Source: a bacterium (GTDB lineage Bacteria > Patescibacteriota > Patescibacteriia > Magasanikbacterales > GWA2-37-8). From it: DNA of 64,000 nt. Position 1 is the stretch's first letter. Every line of letters starts with the position of its first letter. The notes beneath the pieces are model-generated. The model ran no database searches. It was not told where the DNA came from and saw only the letters and a program-made list of their open reading frames with translations. The position numbers and the translations under genes were made by a program. The stretch covers positions 4,675 through 68,674 of the forward strand of contig JBDROJ010000023.1 of the NCBI GenBank assembly GCA_043810165.1, read 5' to 3'. Of the stretch, positions 36,182-45,096 are shown piece after piece.

Positions 36182-36787
36182 TTATTTTTTAACTTGATTT
36201 TCTTGAATAAATTTTATGGTGTTGTCATAAGCGATCTGATCAATTTTTTGATTTTCTAATAAAGTGTTTAACAGTTCGGTCATAGTGAATACCGTATGTA
36301 GATAATAGCCCTTATTGGCCAGGTTTTCTTTTCCTCCTTGTTCACGATCCAATAGCACTACGACATCAGTGACTTTTAAGCCCTCATGTTCGGTTGGTTC
36401 TATGGTTTCAATTACACTAGAGCCACTGGTAACCAGATCTTCTATAATTAAACAATTTTGTCCAGGTTCAAATACTCCTTCAATGGCTTTTTTAGTGCCA
36501 TAGTCTTTAACTTCTTTACGGCGCATTACCATTGGCTTGTTATGTTCTAAAGATATGGCTGTGGCAATCGGCAAGGCAGTATATGGCACACCCGAGATTA
36601 GATCAAAATTTAGATTTTTTACTTTTCCCCACATGATTTCTCCTATTGCTTTTAGAATTTCCGGATAAGAAATGGTTACGCGCAGATCAATATATATAGG
36701 CGACATGATTCCGCTCTTGAGTTTGAATTCGCCGAATTTTAAGGCGTTAATTTCATGGAGCTTAAGAATTAGTTCTTTTGTATCCAT
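36182..36787 (-). CDS. pyrE: orotate phosphoribosyltransferase
   Basis: PRPP-binding motif [12 protein letters not shown]. Confidence 0.9.
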   Translation of the reverse strand: MDTKELILKLHEINALKFGEFKLKSGIMSPIYIDLRVTISYPEILKAIGEIMWGKVKNLNFDLISGVPYTALPIATAISLEHNKPMVMRRKEVKDYGTKKAIEGVFEPGQNCLIIEDLVTSGSSVIETIEPTEHEGLKVTDVVVLLDREQGGKENLANKGYYLHTVFTMTELLNTLLENQKIDQIAYDNTIKFIQENQVKK

Positions 36788-36798
36788 ATATTTTTTTG

Positions 36799-37614
36799 TT
36801 AGAAGTTAATAATTTTTCCGCTTTTATCACGGTGGTATTTTCCAAATTCAGTTATTTGATTAGCCAGTTCACGTTTAACCACTGGTCCATGTGTACACAT
36901 GCAAATACCCAGAGGATCAACCGCACATTGGCCACAGATGCCGTATCCGCATTTCATATAGCGTTCAATACTAACCTCACAATCCACATCATATTGATTG
37001 CATAAGTCAAGCACTTTTTTTTCCATTAGTTCAGGGCCACAGGTGCAAACCAGAGTTTTTTGATCATTGTTTTCGCATAGTAGAGAATTTAAGATGTCTG
37101 TAACATAACCGTGGTGGCCTTGGCTTCCGTCGTCAGTAGAAATGTGTAGCTTGGTGTTTGGTGTTTTATTAATTTTGTCTTCAAATAATAGCAAGTTTTT
37201 GCTTCGAGCGCCAATTAAAAAATCTATATTAGATCCTTGCTGGGCTACTTGTTCAGATAAATTATTTAGTGGAGCGGCGCCATATCCGCCAGCTACCATA
37301 ATATAGTGTGTGTTAGGTTTGATTGAGAAGTTGGTTCCGTATGGTCCTGTAATACCAGCTCGGTCGCCAACATTCATGTCAAATAGTTTTTCAGTTAAAG
37401 GTCCTCGTTTAAAAATAGTCAAACCAAATTTTTCGCCGTCATCGTGAGCGATAGAAAAAGGTTTTTGGTCTATTCCAGGTATCCAGAGCATTACAAATTG
37501 GCCAGGCTGGCTTTTTAATTGGTAATCAAAATAAAAAGTTTTGACTTGGGGATTTTCGTCAACTATCTCAGTAATTTTTATGTGTTTTGGTTGGTCCATA
37601 TCACTTGTGTGCAC
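36799..37614 (-). CDS. pyrK: dihydroorotate dehydrogenase electron-transfer subunit
   Basis: FAD/NAD-binding fold plus a C-terminal 2Fe-2S cysteine cluster (CGYGICGQC). Confidence 0.85.
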   Translation of the reverse strand: MHTSDMDQPKHIKITEIVDENPQVKTFYFDYQLKSQPGQFVMLWIPGIDQKPFSIAHDDGEKFGLTIFKRGPLTEKLFDMNVGDRAGITGPYGTNFSIKPNTHYIMVAGGYGAAPLNNLSEQVAQQGSNIDFLIGARSKNLLLFEDKINKTPNTKLHISTDDGSQGHHGYVTDILNSLLCENNDQKTLVCTCGPELMEKKVLDLCNQYDVDCEVSIERYMKCGYGICGQCAVDPLGICMCTHGPVVKRELANQITEFGKYHRDKSGKIINF

Positions 37615-38515
37615 AGCCTCTTATTTCATCTAAATTACCTATTCCTTCTTTTTTCATGATTTCTTGCATCTCATTGGTTATTTTTTTAAACACATCTTCG
37701 CCACGGAAATACACAGCTGAACCAACGCCTAATAGAGTTGCGCCAGCCATGATCATGGCTAGAGCATCTTCGCCGGTGGTGATACCCCCGGTGCCGATGA
37801 TAGGGATTTTGACAGATTGATAAATACTATAGACACAGTTCAAAGCGATTGGGAATAAGGCTGGTCCAGAAACACCGCCTTGTTTGTTGTGTAGTACGGG
37901 TCGTCGGCTATGGATATCAATACTTATGCCACTGATTGTGTTAACGGCCACAATTCCATCGGCTCCAGCAGATTCAGCGGCCTTAGCGATTTCAGTTATA
38001 TTCCAGGCATTGGGTGAAAGTTTAGTTAATACTGGTACAGTGGATTTTTCTTTGACTTTTTTTGTAATTGTTTCAACCGCTTCAACCGAATAGGCAAATG
38101 GTTTGCCAAATTCTTTCATTACATTGGGGCAGGAAATATTCACTTCCAAAAAATCAATCGGTGCCTGACAAATTTTTTCTGCTGTCTCGCCAAATTCGTC
38201 AAAACTACCAGCAAAAATACTGCCGATCAATGGTGCGTTGCAAACCTGTTTGAATTTTTCCAATTCAGGCAAAACATTATCAACTCCTGGGTTGGATAGG
38301 CCAACTGCATTAATAAAATAATGTTCAGTTCCCATCATGGTGGGGTTGGGGTGGCCGGGGCGCGTATCTTTGGAAACTGATTTGATGGTAATACCGCCAC
38401 AACCGTTTTTAACTGCGTTTTTCATGCAAGCAGAAGTCACACCAAGAATTCCCGAAGCTAAAACAACGGGATTATCAAATTTTTTGCCTAGAAATGTTGT
38501 TTGTAGCATAGACAC
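37601..38515 (-). CDS. pyrD: dihydroorotate dehydrogenase catalytic subunit (class 1B)
   Basis: TIM-barrel DHODH motifs (GLSNPG, active-site Cys in NISCPN). Confidence 0.9.
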   Translation of the reverse strand: MSMLQTTFLGKKFDNPVVLASGILGVTSACMKNAVKNGCGGITIKSVSKDTRPGHPNPTMMGTEHYFINAVGLSNPGVDNVLPELEKFKQVCNAPLIGSIFAGSFDEFGETAEKICQAPIDFLEVNISCPNVMKEFGKPFAYSVEAVETITKKVKEKSTVPVLTKLSPNAWNITEIAKAAESAGADGIVAVNTISGISIDIHSRRPVLHNKQGGVSGPALFPIALNCVYSIYQSVKIPIIGTGGITTGEDALAMIMAGATLLGVGSAVYFRGEDVFKKITNEMQEIMKKEGIGNLDEIRGCAHK

Positions 38516-39472
38516 CTATTGTACCATATTTTCTTTTCCTAGCAACCACATTATTATGCCTTTTTGCGCGTGCATGCGATTTTCAGCTTGGTCAAAGATT
38601 ACTGAATTGGGATGATGAACAGCACTTTTGGTAATTTCATAACCAATATGACAAGGCATGCAGTGCATTATTTTAGCCTGCGGGGCATATTTTTCAATCA
38701 GTTCAGTGTTCAATTGGTAAGGCATAAATTTTGCTTTTCTTTGTGCAAATTCCGTTTGTTTTTCCGGTCTTACCTGCCCGTCAGCAAAAAATTCCATGTC
38801 CATCCAAGTATCAGTATGTATGTAATCAGCTCCGGTTAGAGCTTCTTCTAGGTCTAAATTTTTAGTGACGAGTCCTGTACTTTCTGCCTGTTGATCTAAT
38901 TCAACATCAATACTTGGTTGATTAATTTCCGGCGCTACTATATGAATTTTGATGCCTAGTTTAGTGCACATTAGTTTTAATGTATTGGATACATTATTTT
39001 CAATACCTAACCAAACAACCTTTTTGATGTTCTCTACGCCATTAGAATTTTCAATCATGGTTAGAAGATCGCTTAAAGCTTGAGCCGGATGATATTTTTC
39101 ACTGCAAGCATCAATTACAGGTATTTGATTTTGCGAAGCCGCTAATTCAACGTCATCTGCCTTCATGGCTCTAAACATTAGTATATGTCCGAAACGCATA
39201 ACCGCTTTGATCTCATCGTCAAAGTCAGTTAGAGAAAACTGCGTAGTTTTTGAATCCACAAAAATGGCGTGTCCTCCCAGCTCGGTCATGCCAGTTTCAA
39301 AAGATAATCTAGTTCTTGTAGAACTTTTTTGGAATAACATTACCATTGTTTGGTTGGGTAGATAATTTGTTAGTTCGCCGGCTGTCCGTTTAGCCTTAAT
39401 CTTTTGGGCTACATCCAAAATTTTCAAGATTTCCTCTTTGCTTTGCTCCTTGAGCGAAATGAGATGTCTCAT
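38516..39472 (-). CDS. argF: ornithine carbamoyltransferase-like transcarbamylase, embedded in the pyr cluster
   Basis: STRTR carbamoyl-phosphate motif and an HCMPCH motif resembling the OTCase HCLP (versus HPLP in ATCase). A separate bona fide pyrB is at 41208..42131. Confidence 0.55.
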   Translation of the reverse strand: MRHLISLKEQSKEEILKILDVAQKIKAKRTAGELTNYLPNQTMVMLFQKSSTRTRLSFETGMTELGGHAIFVDSKTTQFSLTDFDDEIKAVMRFGHILMFRAMKADDVELAASQNQIPVIDACSEKYHPAQALSDLLTMIENSNGVENIKKVVWLGIENNVSNTLKLMCTKLGIKIHIVAPEINQPSIDVELDQQAESTGLVTKNLDLEEALTGADYIHTDTWMDMEFFADGQVRPEKQTEFAQRKAKFMPYQLNTELIEKYAPQAKIMHCMPCHIGYEITKSAVHHPNSVIFDQAENRMHAQKGIIMWLLGKENMVQ

Positions 39473-39488
39473 ATGATATATTTAATTA

Positions 39489-40694
39489 TTAACATTTATA
39501 TAATTTATTATTTAAAACAGTGTAAACTGGCCAACCAGTTAATTCCCATCCATGGAATGGAGACCAACCACATTTGGTTTTTAAATTTTTGTTTTCTACT
39601 TTTTTAACTAGATTTAAGTCCACGATTACCTTGTCGTTATTATTAGGTAGATTGAATATCTTTTGTATATTCGTTCTAGTTAATTTTATTATTTTTTCTA
39701 AACTGATCTTATTCTGGCTATGGGCATTTAATAATAATGGTAACAGTGTTTCTATTCCTGGCACTCCAGACGGGGATTGTGGATATGGTTTGGCTTTTTC
39801 TTTTAAACTATGAGGCGCATGATCAGTGCCAATTGTATCAATTACACCATCACCAATGGCCTGCCACAAGGCCCGTTGGTCTTCTAATGTACGTACAGGC
39901 GGGTTCATTTGTGCTTTGGTGCCCAACTGATCATAATCATCCTCTGTTAAAAATAAGTGATGCGGAGTAACCTCGGCGTATACTTCAATGCCACGATTTT
40001 TAGCTTGTTTAATAATTTCAATTTCTTCTTTTGTGTTTATATGACAAATATACAATTTAGTTCCATATTTTTCAGCCAGTTCAACGGCTTGTTTAACTGC
40101 TTTAGTAGCTGCTTGGCGGTCACGAATTTTCGAATGCATTTTTACGTTATTAGAATCAGTATAATTCTCTTGAATAATAGATTCGTCCTCAGCGTGTACA
40201 GCCACAACCAGATCTGACGCAGTCGCAGCTTTAAACACTTTAGCTTGGTCCTCTTTTTTATTTACTAATAGGTTGCCAGTGCTAGATCCCATAAATAATT
40301 TTATACCAATGATTTCATTTTTTAACAAGCTATATGTATCGTGGTTGTTTGGGGTTGCGCCAAAGTATAAATAAAAATTTAGAGGCATGTTTACCTCCTT
40401 CAATTGTTTGTTGATGATTACTTGTTTACTTTTAAGGCTATCCGAATCAATCGTGTCTGGAGAGTTGTTTGGCATGTCAAAAACAGTAGTAATACCACCA
40501 GCAATTGCTGTTCGAGCTCCGGTTTGCCAATCTTCTTTGTATTCTTGTCCGGGTGTGCGAAAATGAACATGTGGATCAATTAAAGCTGGTAAGATTGTTA
40601 AGGCCGAGCCGTTTATTGTTTGGTGTTTATCATCGTCGATAGTGTAATCGAGCTTTCCTCCAGTAGCGGTATTTAGTTTCTCAATACGAGTCAT
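39489..40694 (-). CDS. pyrC: dihydroorotase (amidohydrolase family)
   Basis: DPHVHFR and DHAPH metal-binding motifs. Confidence 0.85.
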   Translation of the reverse strand: MTRIEKLNTATGGKLDYTIDDDKHQTINGSALTILPALIDPHVHFRTPGQEYKEDWQTGARTAIAGGITTVFDMPNNSPDTIDSDSLKSKQVIINKQLKEVNMPLNFYLYFGATPNNHDTYSLLKNEIIGIKLFMGSSTGNLLVNKKEDQAKVFKAATASDLVVAVHAEDESIIQENYTDSNNVKMHSKIRDRQAATKAVKQAVELAEKYGTKLYICHINTKEEIEIIKQAKNRGIEVYAEVTPHHLFLTEDDYDQLGTKAQMNPPVRTLEDQRALWQAIGDGVIDTIGTDHAPHSLKEKAKPYPQSPSGVPGIETLLPLLLNAHSQNKISLEKIIKLTRTNIQKIFNLPNNNDKVIVDLNLVKKVENKNLKTKCGWSPFHGWELTGWPVYTVLNNKLYKC

Positions 40695-40695
40695 A

Positions 40696-41160
40696 TTAAT
40701 TATTTTTGTACTCCCTGATTTCTTTCTGCATGAATATTTTTTCGCAATAATGACACTGTAATTTCATATGATCACCATTAGCGATAACTTTAAAGACTGT
40801 CTCAGTATCATCATTGTTTGTAATACATTTAGGGTTGGGGCAAACAACTACATGCTTAATTTTTTTTGGGATTTTTACTTGACTTTTTTTAATTACTTCG
40901 TAATTTCTAATAATATTAATAGTGGCATTAGGTGCCAAAATAGCTACTCGATCAACTTCTTCATCAGTCAATTCACGTTCTTCTACCTTGATTATATCTT
41001 TGACTTTATCACTTTTTTGGCTGTGTAAATTTAATCCAACCGTGACTGTCTTGCTAAGCATTGGCAGATTTAAAATACGAATTATTTTTAAAGCGTTCTC
41101 AGTATAAATATGATCAATGACCGTACCATCTTTGATGGCTGAAACTAATAGAGTTTTCAT
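40696..41160 (-). CDS. pyrI: aspartate carbamoyltransferase regulatory subunit
   Basis: C-terminal Zn-binding Cys cluster (CPNPKC...CHYC). Confidence 0.85.
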   Translation of the reverse strand: MKTLLVSAIKDGTVIDHIYTENALKIIRILNLPMLSKTVTVGLNLHSQKSDKVKDIIKVEERELTDEEVDRVAILAPNATINIIRNYEVIKKSQVKIPKKIKHVVVCPNPKCITNNDDTETVFKVIANGDHMKLQCHYCEKIFMQKEIREYKNN

Positions 41161-41207
41161 AAGCGAATGGAATGAATAAGATTATACCTTGGCATAATCT
41201 TAATTAA

Positions 41208-42131
41208 TTATTGTAATTTACCTAATACCAAACCCAGCAAGGCTTGTCTGACATATAAACCATTTTCAGCTTGTTCAAAGTAGTAAGCGTGACTTGTTGT
41301 ATCCACATCAGTAGAAATTTCATTAACTCGAGGTAGGGGGTGCATGATTTTTAAATTAGATTTAGCATTTTTAAGCATATCAGCTTCAAGTATAAACACA
41401 TTTTTGATGCGTTCGTATTCCATGGGGTCAGCAAAACGCTCTTTTTGTATACGGGTCATATAGATAATGTCAGTTTTATCAGTAATGTCCTCTATTTTTT
41501 CATGTAGGGTAAAATTGATCCCTTTTTCTTTTAGTTCGTTGCAGATATATTCTGGCATTTGTAGTTCTTTAGGAGCAACAAAGTATAATTGACAATTAAA
41601 ATGTGTTAGAGCTTGGGCCAAAGAGTGGACGGTACGGCCATATTTTAAATCACCTACCAAGGCAATGTGTAATCCATCAATTTTTTGTTGGCATTCTTGG
41701 ATAGTGAACAGATCAAGTAAAGTTTGGGTGGGGTGCTGGTTGGCTCCGTCTCCGCCGTTAATGATTGGTTTATCTGTGGATTCAGTTGCGCGTCTGGCCG
41801 AACCCTCGATTGGATGGCGCATGGCGATCACGTCCACATATTGACCAATGATTCTCATAGAATCATAAATAGATTCTCCTTTTTTAGCTGAAGTAACTCC
41901 GGCTTGAGCAAAACCCACTACACTTCCACCCAATCTCTCCATAGCAGTTTCAAATGATAGACGCGTGCGCGTGGATGGTTCAAAAAAACAACTGCCCATT
42001 ACCTTGTTTTGTAGCAATTGCGGTTGTGGGGTCTGTTTAAGTATTTTAGCCTGCCCCAATATGTGTAGGATCTCATTTTTATTTAGATCCTTGATGGAAA
42101 CGATATCTTTGTTGGTAAAATCCATATGCAA
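41208..42131 (-). CDS. pyrB: aspartate carbamoyltransferase catalytic subunit
   Basis: STRTR, HPTQ and HPLP motifs. Confidence 0.9.
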   Translation of the reverse strand: MHMDFTNKDIVSIKDLNKNEILHILGQAKILKQTPQPQLLQNKVMGSCFFEPSTRTRLSFETAMERLGGSVVGFAQAGVTSAKKGESIYDSMRIIGQYVDVIAMRHPIEGSARRATESTDKPIINGGDGANQHPTQTLLDLFTIQECQQKIDGLHIALVGDLKYGRTVHSLAQALTHFNCQLYFVAPKELQMPEYICNELKEKGINFTLHEKIEDITDKTDIIYMTRIQKERFADPMEYERIKNVFILEADMLKNAKSNLKIMHPLPRVNEISTDVDTTSHAYYFEQAENGLYVRQALLGLVLGKLQ

Positions 42132-42149
42132 GATAGATGAATTAATAAA

Positions 42150-42186
42150 TTTTTTTTAAAAAAATAGCCACTCCTCACGGAGTGGC
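42150..42186 (-). terminator. intrinsic terminator gccactcc-gtga-ggagtggc + U-run, 25 nt upstream of the pyrB start and downstream of argH
   Basis: 8-bp GC-rich stem followed on the minus strand by tatttttttaaaaaaaa. Confidence 0.65.
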
Positions 42187-42192
42187 CGATTG

Positions 42193-42234
42193 CTAATTAA
42201 GATTTTCAATTGTGTATAGGTAGGTATATTTCAT
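42193..42234 (-). CDS. candidate pyr leader mini-ORF MKYTYLYTIENLN (13 aa), essentially leaderless
   Basis: Hand-translated. ATG is ~14 nt downstream of a TATACT -10. Stop codon is 6 nt before the terminator stem. Confidence 0.25.
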   Translation of the reverse strand: MKYTYLYTIENLN

Positions 42235-42248
42235 AGGCTCTGTTACAG

Positions 42249-42277
42249 AGTATAGCAGAGTACCTGGCAGTGGTCAA
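42249..42277 (-). promoter_or_regulatory. sigma70-type promoter TTGACC - 17 nt - TATACT upstream of the pyr leader/pyrB, with a DnaA box at 42287-42295 just upstream
   Basis: -35 is the reverse complement of 42272-42277; -10 of 42249-42254. Confidence 0.5.
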
Positions 42278-42286
42278 ATGTCGACT

Positions 42287-42295
42287 TATCCACAT
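42287..42295 (+). other. perfect DnaA box TTATCCACA
   Basis: Exact 9-mer. Confidence 0.5.
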
Positions 42296-42312
42296 ATTTT
42301 GGTCACTCTTTG

Positions 42313-43611
42313 TTATTTTAATTTTTGTATTTGATGCTCATAGTGTTCAAGATTTAAATTCCCAGGTGCCCCTAGGCTGATTTTTGTTTTAATATTTTGT
42401 TCCATATTAATATTTGTACTATCTAATTGGTCCATGGCTTGGCAGTAAGCATCTCGAAAAGATAGTTTTTTTTGTATCACCATATCATTGGCAATATCAG
42501 CAGTAAAGATCTCTTTGCTGATAGTTTTTTTGATTTTTTCTTGATTGGGTTTAGTGCCTTGTATAAATAACTGAACTATGAGCAGGCTTTTTTTAATTAT
42601 ATCCACACTTTCTATTAGTGGTTTTTTAATTAATTGCAAATCTCGATGATAGCCCGAGGTGGTATGGGTAACTAGATGTTTAATAGTATTCTGGTGTGAA
42701 ATCATCACACTGATATTGGCTCGCAGTATCTCCATGGCGTCAAGATTTTTCTTTTGTGGCATAATACTAGAACCAGTAGTGAACTGTTCTTCTATAGTAA
42801 AGAAACCAAATTCTTGGCTGGTGAATAAAATCAAATCATTGGCGAATTTACTCAGAGTCATCATAACTTGTAAGAGACCTTCTAAAAATAGGCTTTCAAA
42901 TTTACCTCGACTGTTCTGGCAATACAAGCTATTGATTTGAATATTTTTGAATCCTAATTCAGCTGTGGTCAAATGTCTGTCTATGGGTATGGATGTACCA
43001 AAGCCGGCTGCGCTACCCAAGGGATTTTTATCGATGGCATCAAAAATATCTGTCAGGGTTTTGTGGTCGTCTAATAGGCTTTCTACAAAACTGGCATAGT
43101 AATGTCCCAGACTGCTTAACATGGCCTGTTGGGTATGAGAATAGCCGGGCAGAGGAATATTTTTGTATAGTTTAGCTTTCTTTAGAAACATTTCAGCAGT
43201 TTTTAATACTTCAGCATTGGTATTTTTTATCATGTCTTTCATATATAATCTTAAGGCAACTAATACCTGATCATTTCTACTTCGGCCAGTGTGGATTTTT
43301 TTGCCAACCACTCCTAGTTTGTCAGTTAGGTATTTTTCAATAACCGTATGACAATCTTCGTCAGCCAGAGCAATTACTATCTCATCATTTTTGAATTTTT
43401 GTTCAAGTTCAGTTAAACCAGAACACAACTGTTCCAATTCATTTTTATCTAATATTCCGGCCTGTTCCAGTGCTTTGGCATGAGCTTGGCTAGCTTGAAT
43501 ATCATAGGTCATTAATTCTTTGTCCAATATATGGTCTTGGCCAACCGTGTATTGTTCAACCAATGGGTGAAGTTTGGTTTGGTTTTTTTGCCACAGTTTT
43601 TGTTTGTTCAT
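42313..43611 (-). CDS. argH: argininosuccinate lyase
   Basis: Fumarase/aspartase-family signature GRSRNDQV. Confidence 0.9.
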   Translation of the reverse strand: MNKQKLWQKNQTKLHPLVEQYTVGQDHILDKELMTYDIQASQAHAKALEQAGILDKNELEQLCSGLTELEQKFKNDEIVIALADEDCHTVIEKYLTDKLGVVGKKIHTGRSRNDQVLVALRLYMKDMIKNTNAEVLKTAEMFLKKAKLYKNIPLPGYSHTQQAMLSSLGHYYASFVESLLDDHKTLTDIFDAIDKNPLGSAAGFGTSIPIDRHLTTAELGFKNIQINSLYCQNSRGKFESLFLEGLLQVMMTLSKFANDLILFTSQEFGFFTIEEQFTTGSSIMPQKKNLDAMEILRANISVMISHQNTIKHLVTHTTSGYHRDLQLIKKPLIESVDIIKKSLLIVQLFIQGTKPNQEKIKKTISKEIFTADIANDMVIQKKLSFRDAYCQAMDQLDSTNINMEQNIKTKISLGAPGNLNLEHYEHQIQKLK

Positions 43612-43615
43612 ATAA

Positions 43616-44890
43616 TTAATTTTTTAGTAATTCATTTTCGTAATTATATACATTGTAAGCTGTTTTTTGTGGCAAGTTCCAGATCTCAATGAATCCAGGA
43701 GAAGCATTTTGATTGAATTTAGGATTTTTGTCAAAAGTAGCTAGATCTTTGTCAAACAAAGAGTATGGGGATTCCAGAGCAACCACATCGATATTTCCTT
43801 TATATAATTTTACCTTGACTTTGCCAGTCACTTTTTTGTTATGACTGTTTGAAAAGGCATGTATATGATACATGACTGGGTCATACCATTTGGCACCATA
43901 GGTTAGGTATGCCCATTTGTTATCCAGAAATTCTTTTAATTCGTTTTCTTCTCTAGTAGAAACAATCTGTTCCAATTTTTTATGAGCTGAAATTAAGATA
44001 TTAGCGCCCGGGTTTTCATATACACCCCTGACTTTCAAACCAACTACCCTATCTTCAATTAAGTGTACACAACCAACACCGTGTTGCGCGCCAATATGAT
44101 TGCATTCCAAAATAATTCGACTTAATTTTTTAGCTTGGCCATTAACGGCGATTGGCTTGCCTTGTTCAAATTCAATTTCCACTATTTCTGGTTTATCCGG
44201 AGCATTTTCTGGTGTGTTACACCATTGCAATATATTTTCAACAGGTGGAATTAATTTTGGATCTTCGATTTCTCCGCCTTCGGCTGTATTGCTCCACATG
44301 TTTTCATCATAAGAATATGGAGTCTGCTTTTTTTGTTTTATTTCTATCCCATGTTTTTCTGCGTAAGCAATTTCTTCTTCTCTGCCCATGCCCCATTCCC
44401 TTACCGGTGCAATAATTTTTAAATTTGGGTCCAGAGTAGTCATATATCCTTCAAACCTAACTTGGTCATTGCCTTTGCCAGTACAACCATGAGCGATTAC
44501 TTTAATGCCGTGCTGTTGGGCAATTTTAACAGCGGTTTTTGAAATTATCACCCTCCCCAGAGGACAACCCAAAGCATAACCTCCTTGGTAATCAGCATTG
44601 GCCTTGATGGCTTCTGACAATATTATATCGGCAAATTCATCTTTAGCATCATAAACGATTGCGTCGCTAGCACCTAAATCCAGGGCTTTTTGCTTAATTT
44701 CTTCTAAATTATCTGCAGTTTGCCCGATATCTATAGTCAAAGTAACTACTTTGCTGTTGTATTCTTCTTGTATCCATTTAAGCATGACCGAAGTGTCTAA
44801 TCCTCCGGAATAGAGTAATAGGCATTGATCAAAATCTCCTTTTTCAGCTTCATACGAAGCTACTTTTTTGTATTTTGTTTGATTGTCCAT
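43616..44890 (-). CDS. argG: argininosuccinate synthase
   Basis: PP-loop ATP-binding motif YSGGLDTS. Confidence 0.9.
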   Translation of the reverse strand: MDNQTKYKKVASYEAEKGDFDQCLLLYSGGLDTSVMLKWIQEEYNSKVVTLTIDIGQTADNLEEIKQKALDLGASDAIVYDAKDEFADIILSEAIKANADYQGGYALGCPLGRVIISKTAVKIAQQHGIKVIAHGCTGKGNDQVRFEGYMTTLDPNLKIIAPVREWGMGREEEIAYAEKHGIEIKQKKQTPYSYDENMWSNTAEGGEIEDPKLIPPVENILQWCNTPENAPDKPEIVEIEFEQGKPIAVNGQAKKLSRIILECNHIGAQHGVGCVHLIEDRVVGLKVRGVYENPGANILISAHKKLEQIVSTREENELKEFLDNKWAYLTYGAKWYDPVMYHIHAFSNSHNKKVTGKVKVKLYKGNIDVVALESPYSLFDKDLATFDKNPKFNQNASPGFIEIWNLPQKTAYNVYNYENELLKN

Positions 44891-44913
44891 ACATTTGTTG
44901 CTTGTGTTAATTA

Positions 44914-44947
44914 AATAATTAAAAAACTTCTGGGAGCTCCAGAAGTA
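44914..44947 (-). terminator. intrinsic terminator cttctgg-agctc-ccagaag + U-run, ~25 nt upstream of the argG start codon
   Basis: Minus strand reads acttctggagctcccagaagttttttaatt. Confidence 0.6.
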
Positions 44948-44974
44948 AATGTGGTAGTATTGACTAGTTAAAGG

Positions 44975-45043
44975 TCAACGCAAACAACCACGCTTCCGAA
45001 GCGCGTGTTTACGACGACGATTTTGTTTAGTCTTGATAATCAT
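44975..45043 (-). CDS. candidate Arg-rich leader peptide MIIKTKQNRRRKHALRKRGCLR (22 aa), nearly leaderless
   Basis: Hand-translated. Five Arg codons (CGT x4, CGG). A hairpin gcgcttc-g-gaagcgt overlaps the Arg codons. A putative TTGACA - 18 nt - TATGGT promoter lies at 45053-45082. Confidence 0.3.
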   Translation of the reverse strand: MIIKTKQNRRRKHALRKRGCLR

Positions 45044-45087
45044 ACTAGGTCTACCATATCTCATTTCTTAAGAACTTGTCAAATAGG

Positions 45088-45096
45088 TTATCCACA
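45088..45096 (+). other. perfect DnaA box TTATCCACA abutting the gatB stop codon, just upstream of the -35 of the putative arg promoter
   Basis: Exact 9-mer. Confidence 0.5.

Noticed and set aside
1385-45096. DnaA boxes considered as a chromosomal origin (oriC)
   Set aside because: The boxes are dispersed over 44 kb rather than clustered. No dnaA/dnaN neighbourhood and no AT-rich 13-mer unwinding element next to a box cluster. More consistent with regulatory sites.
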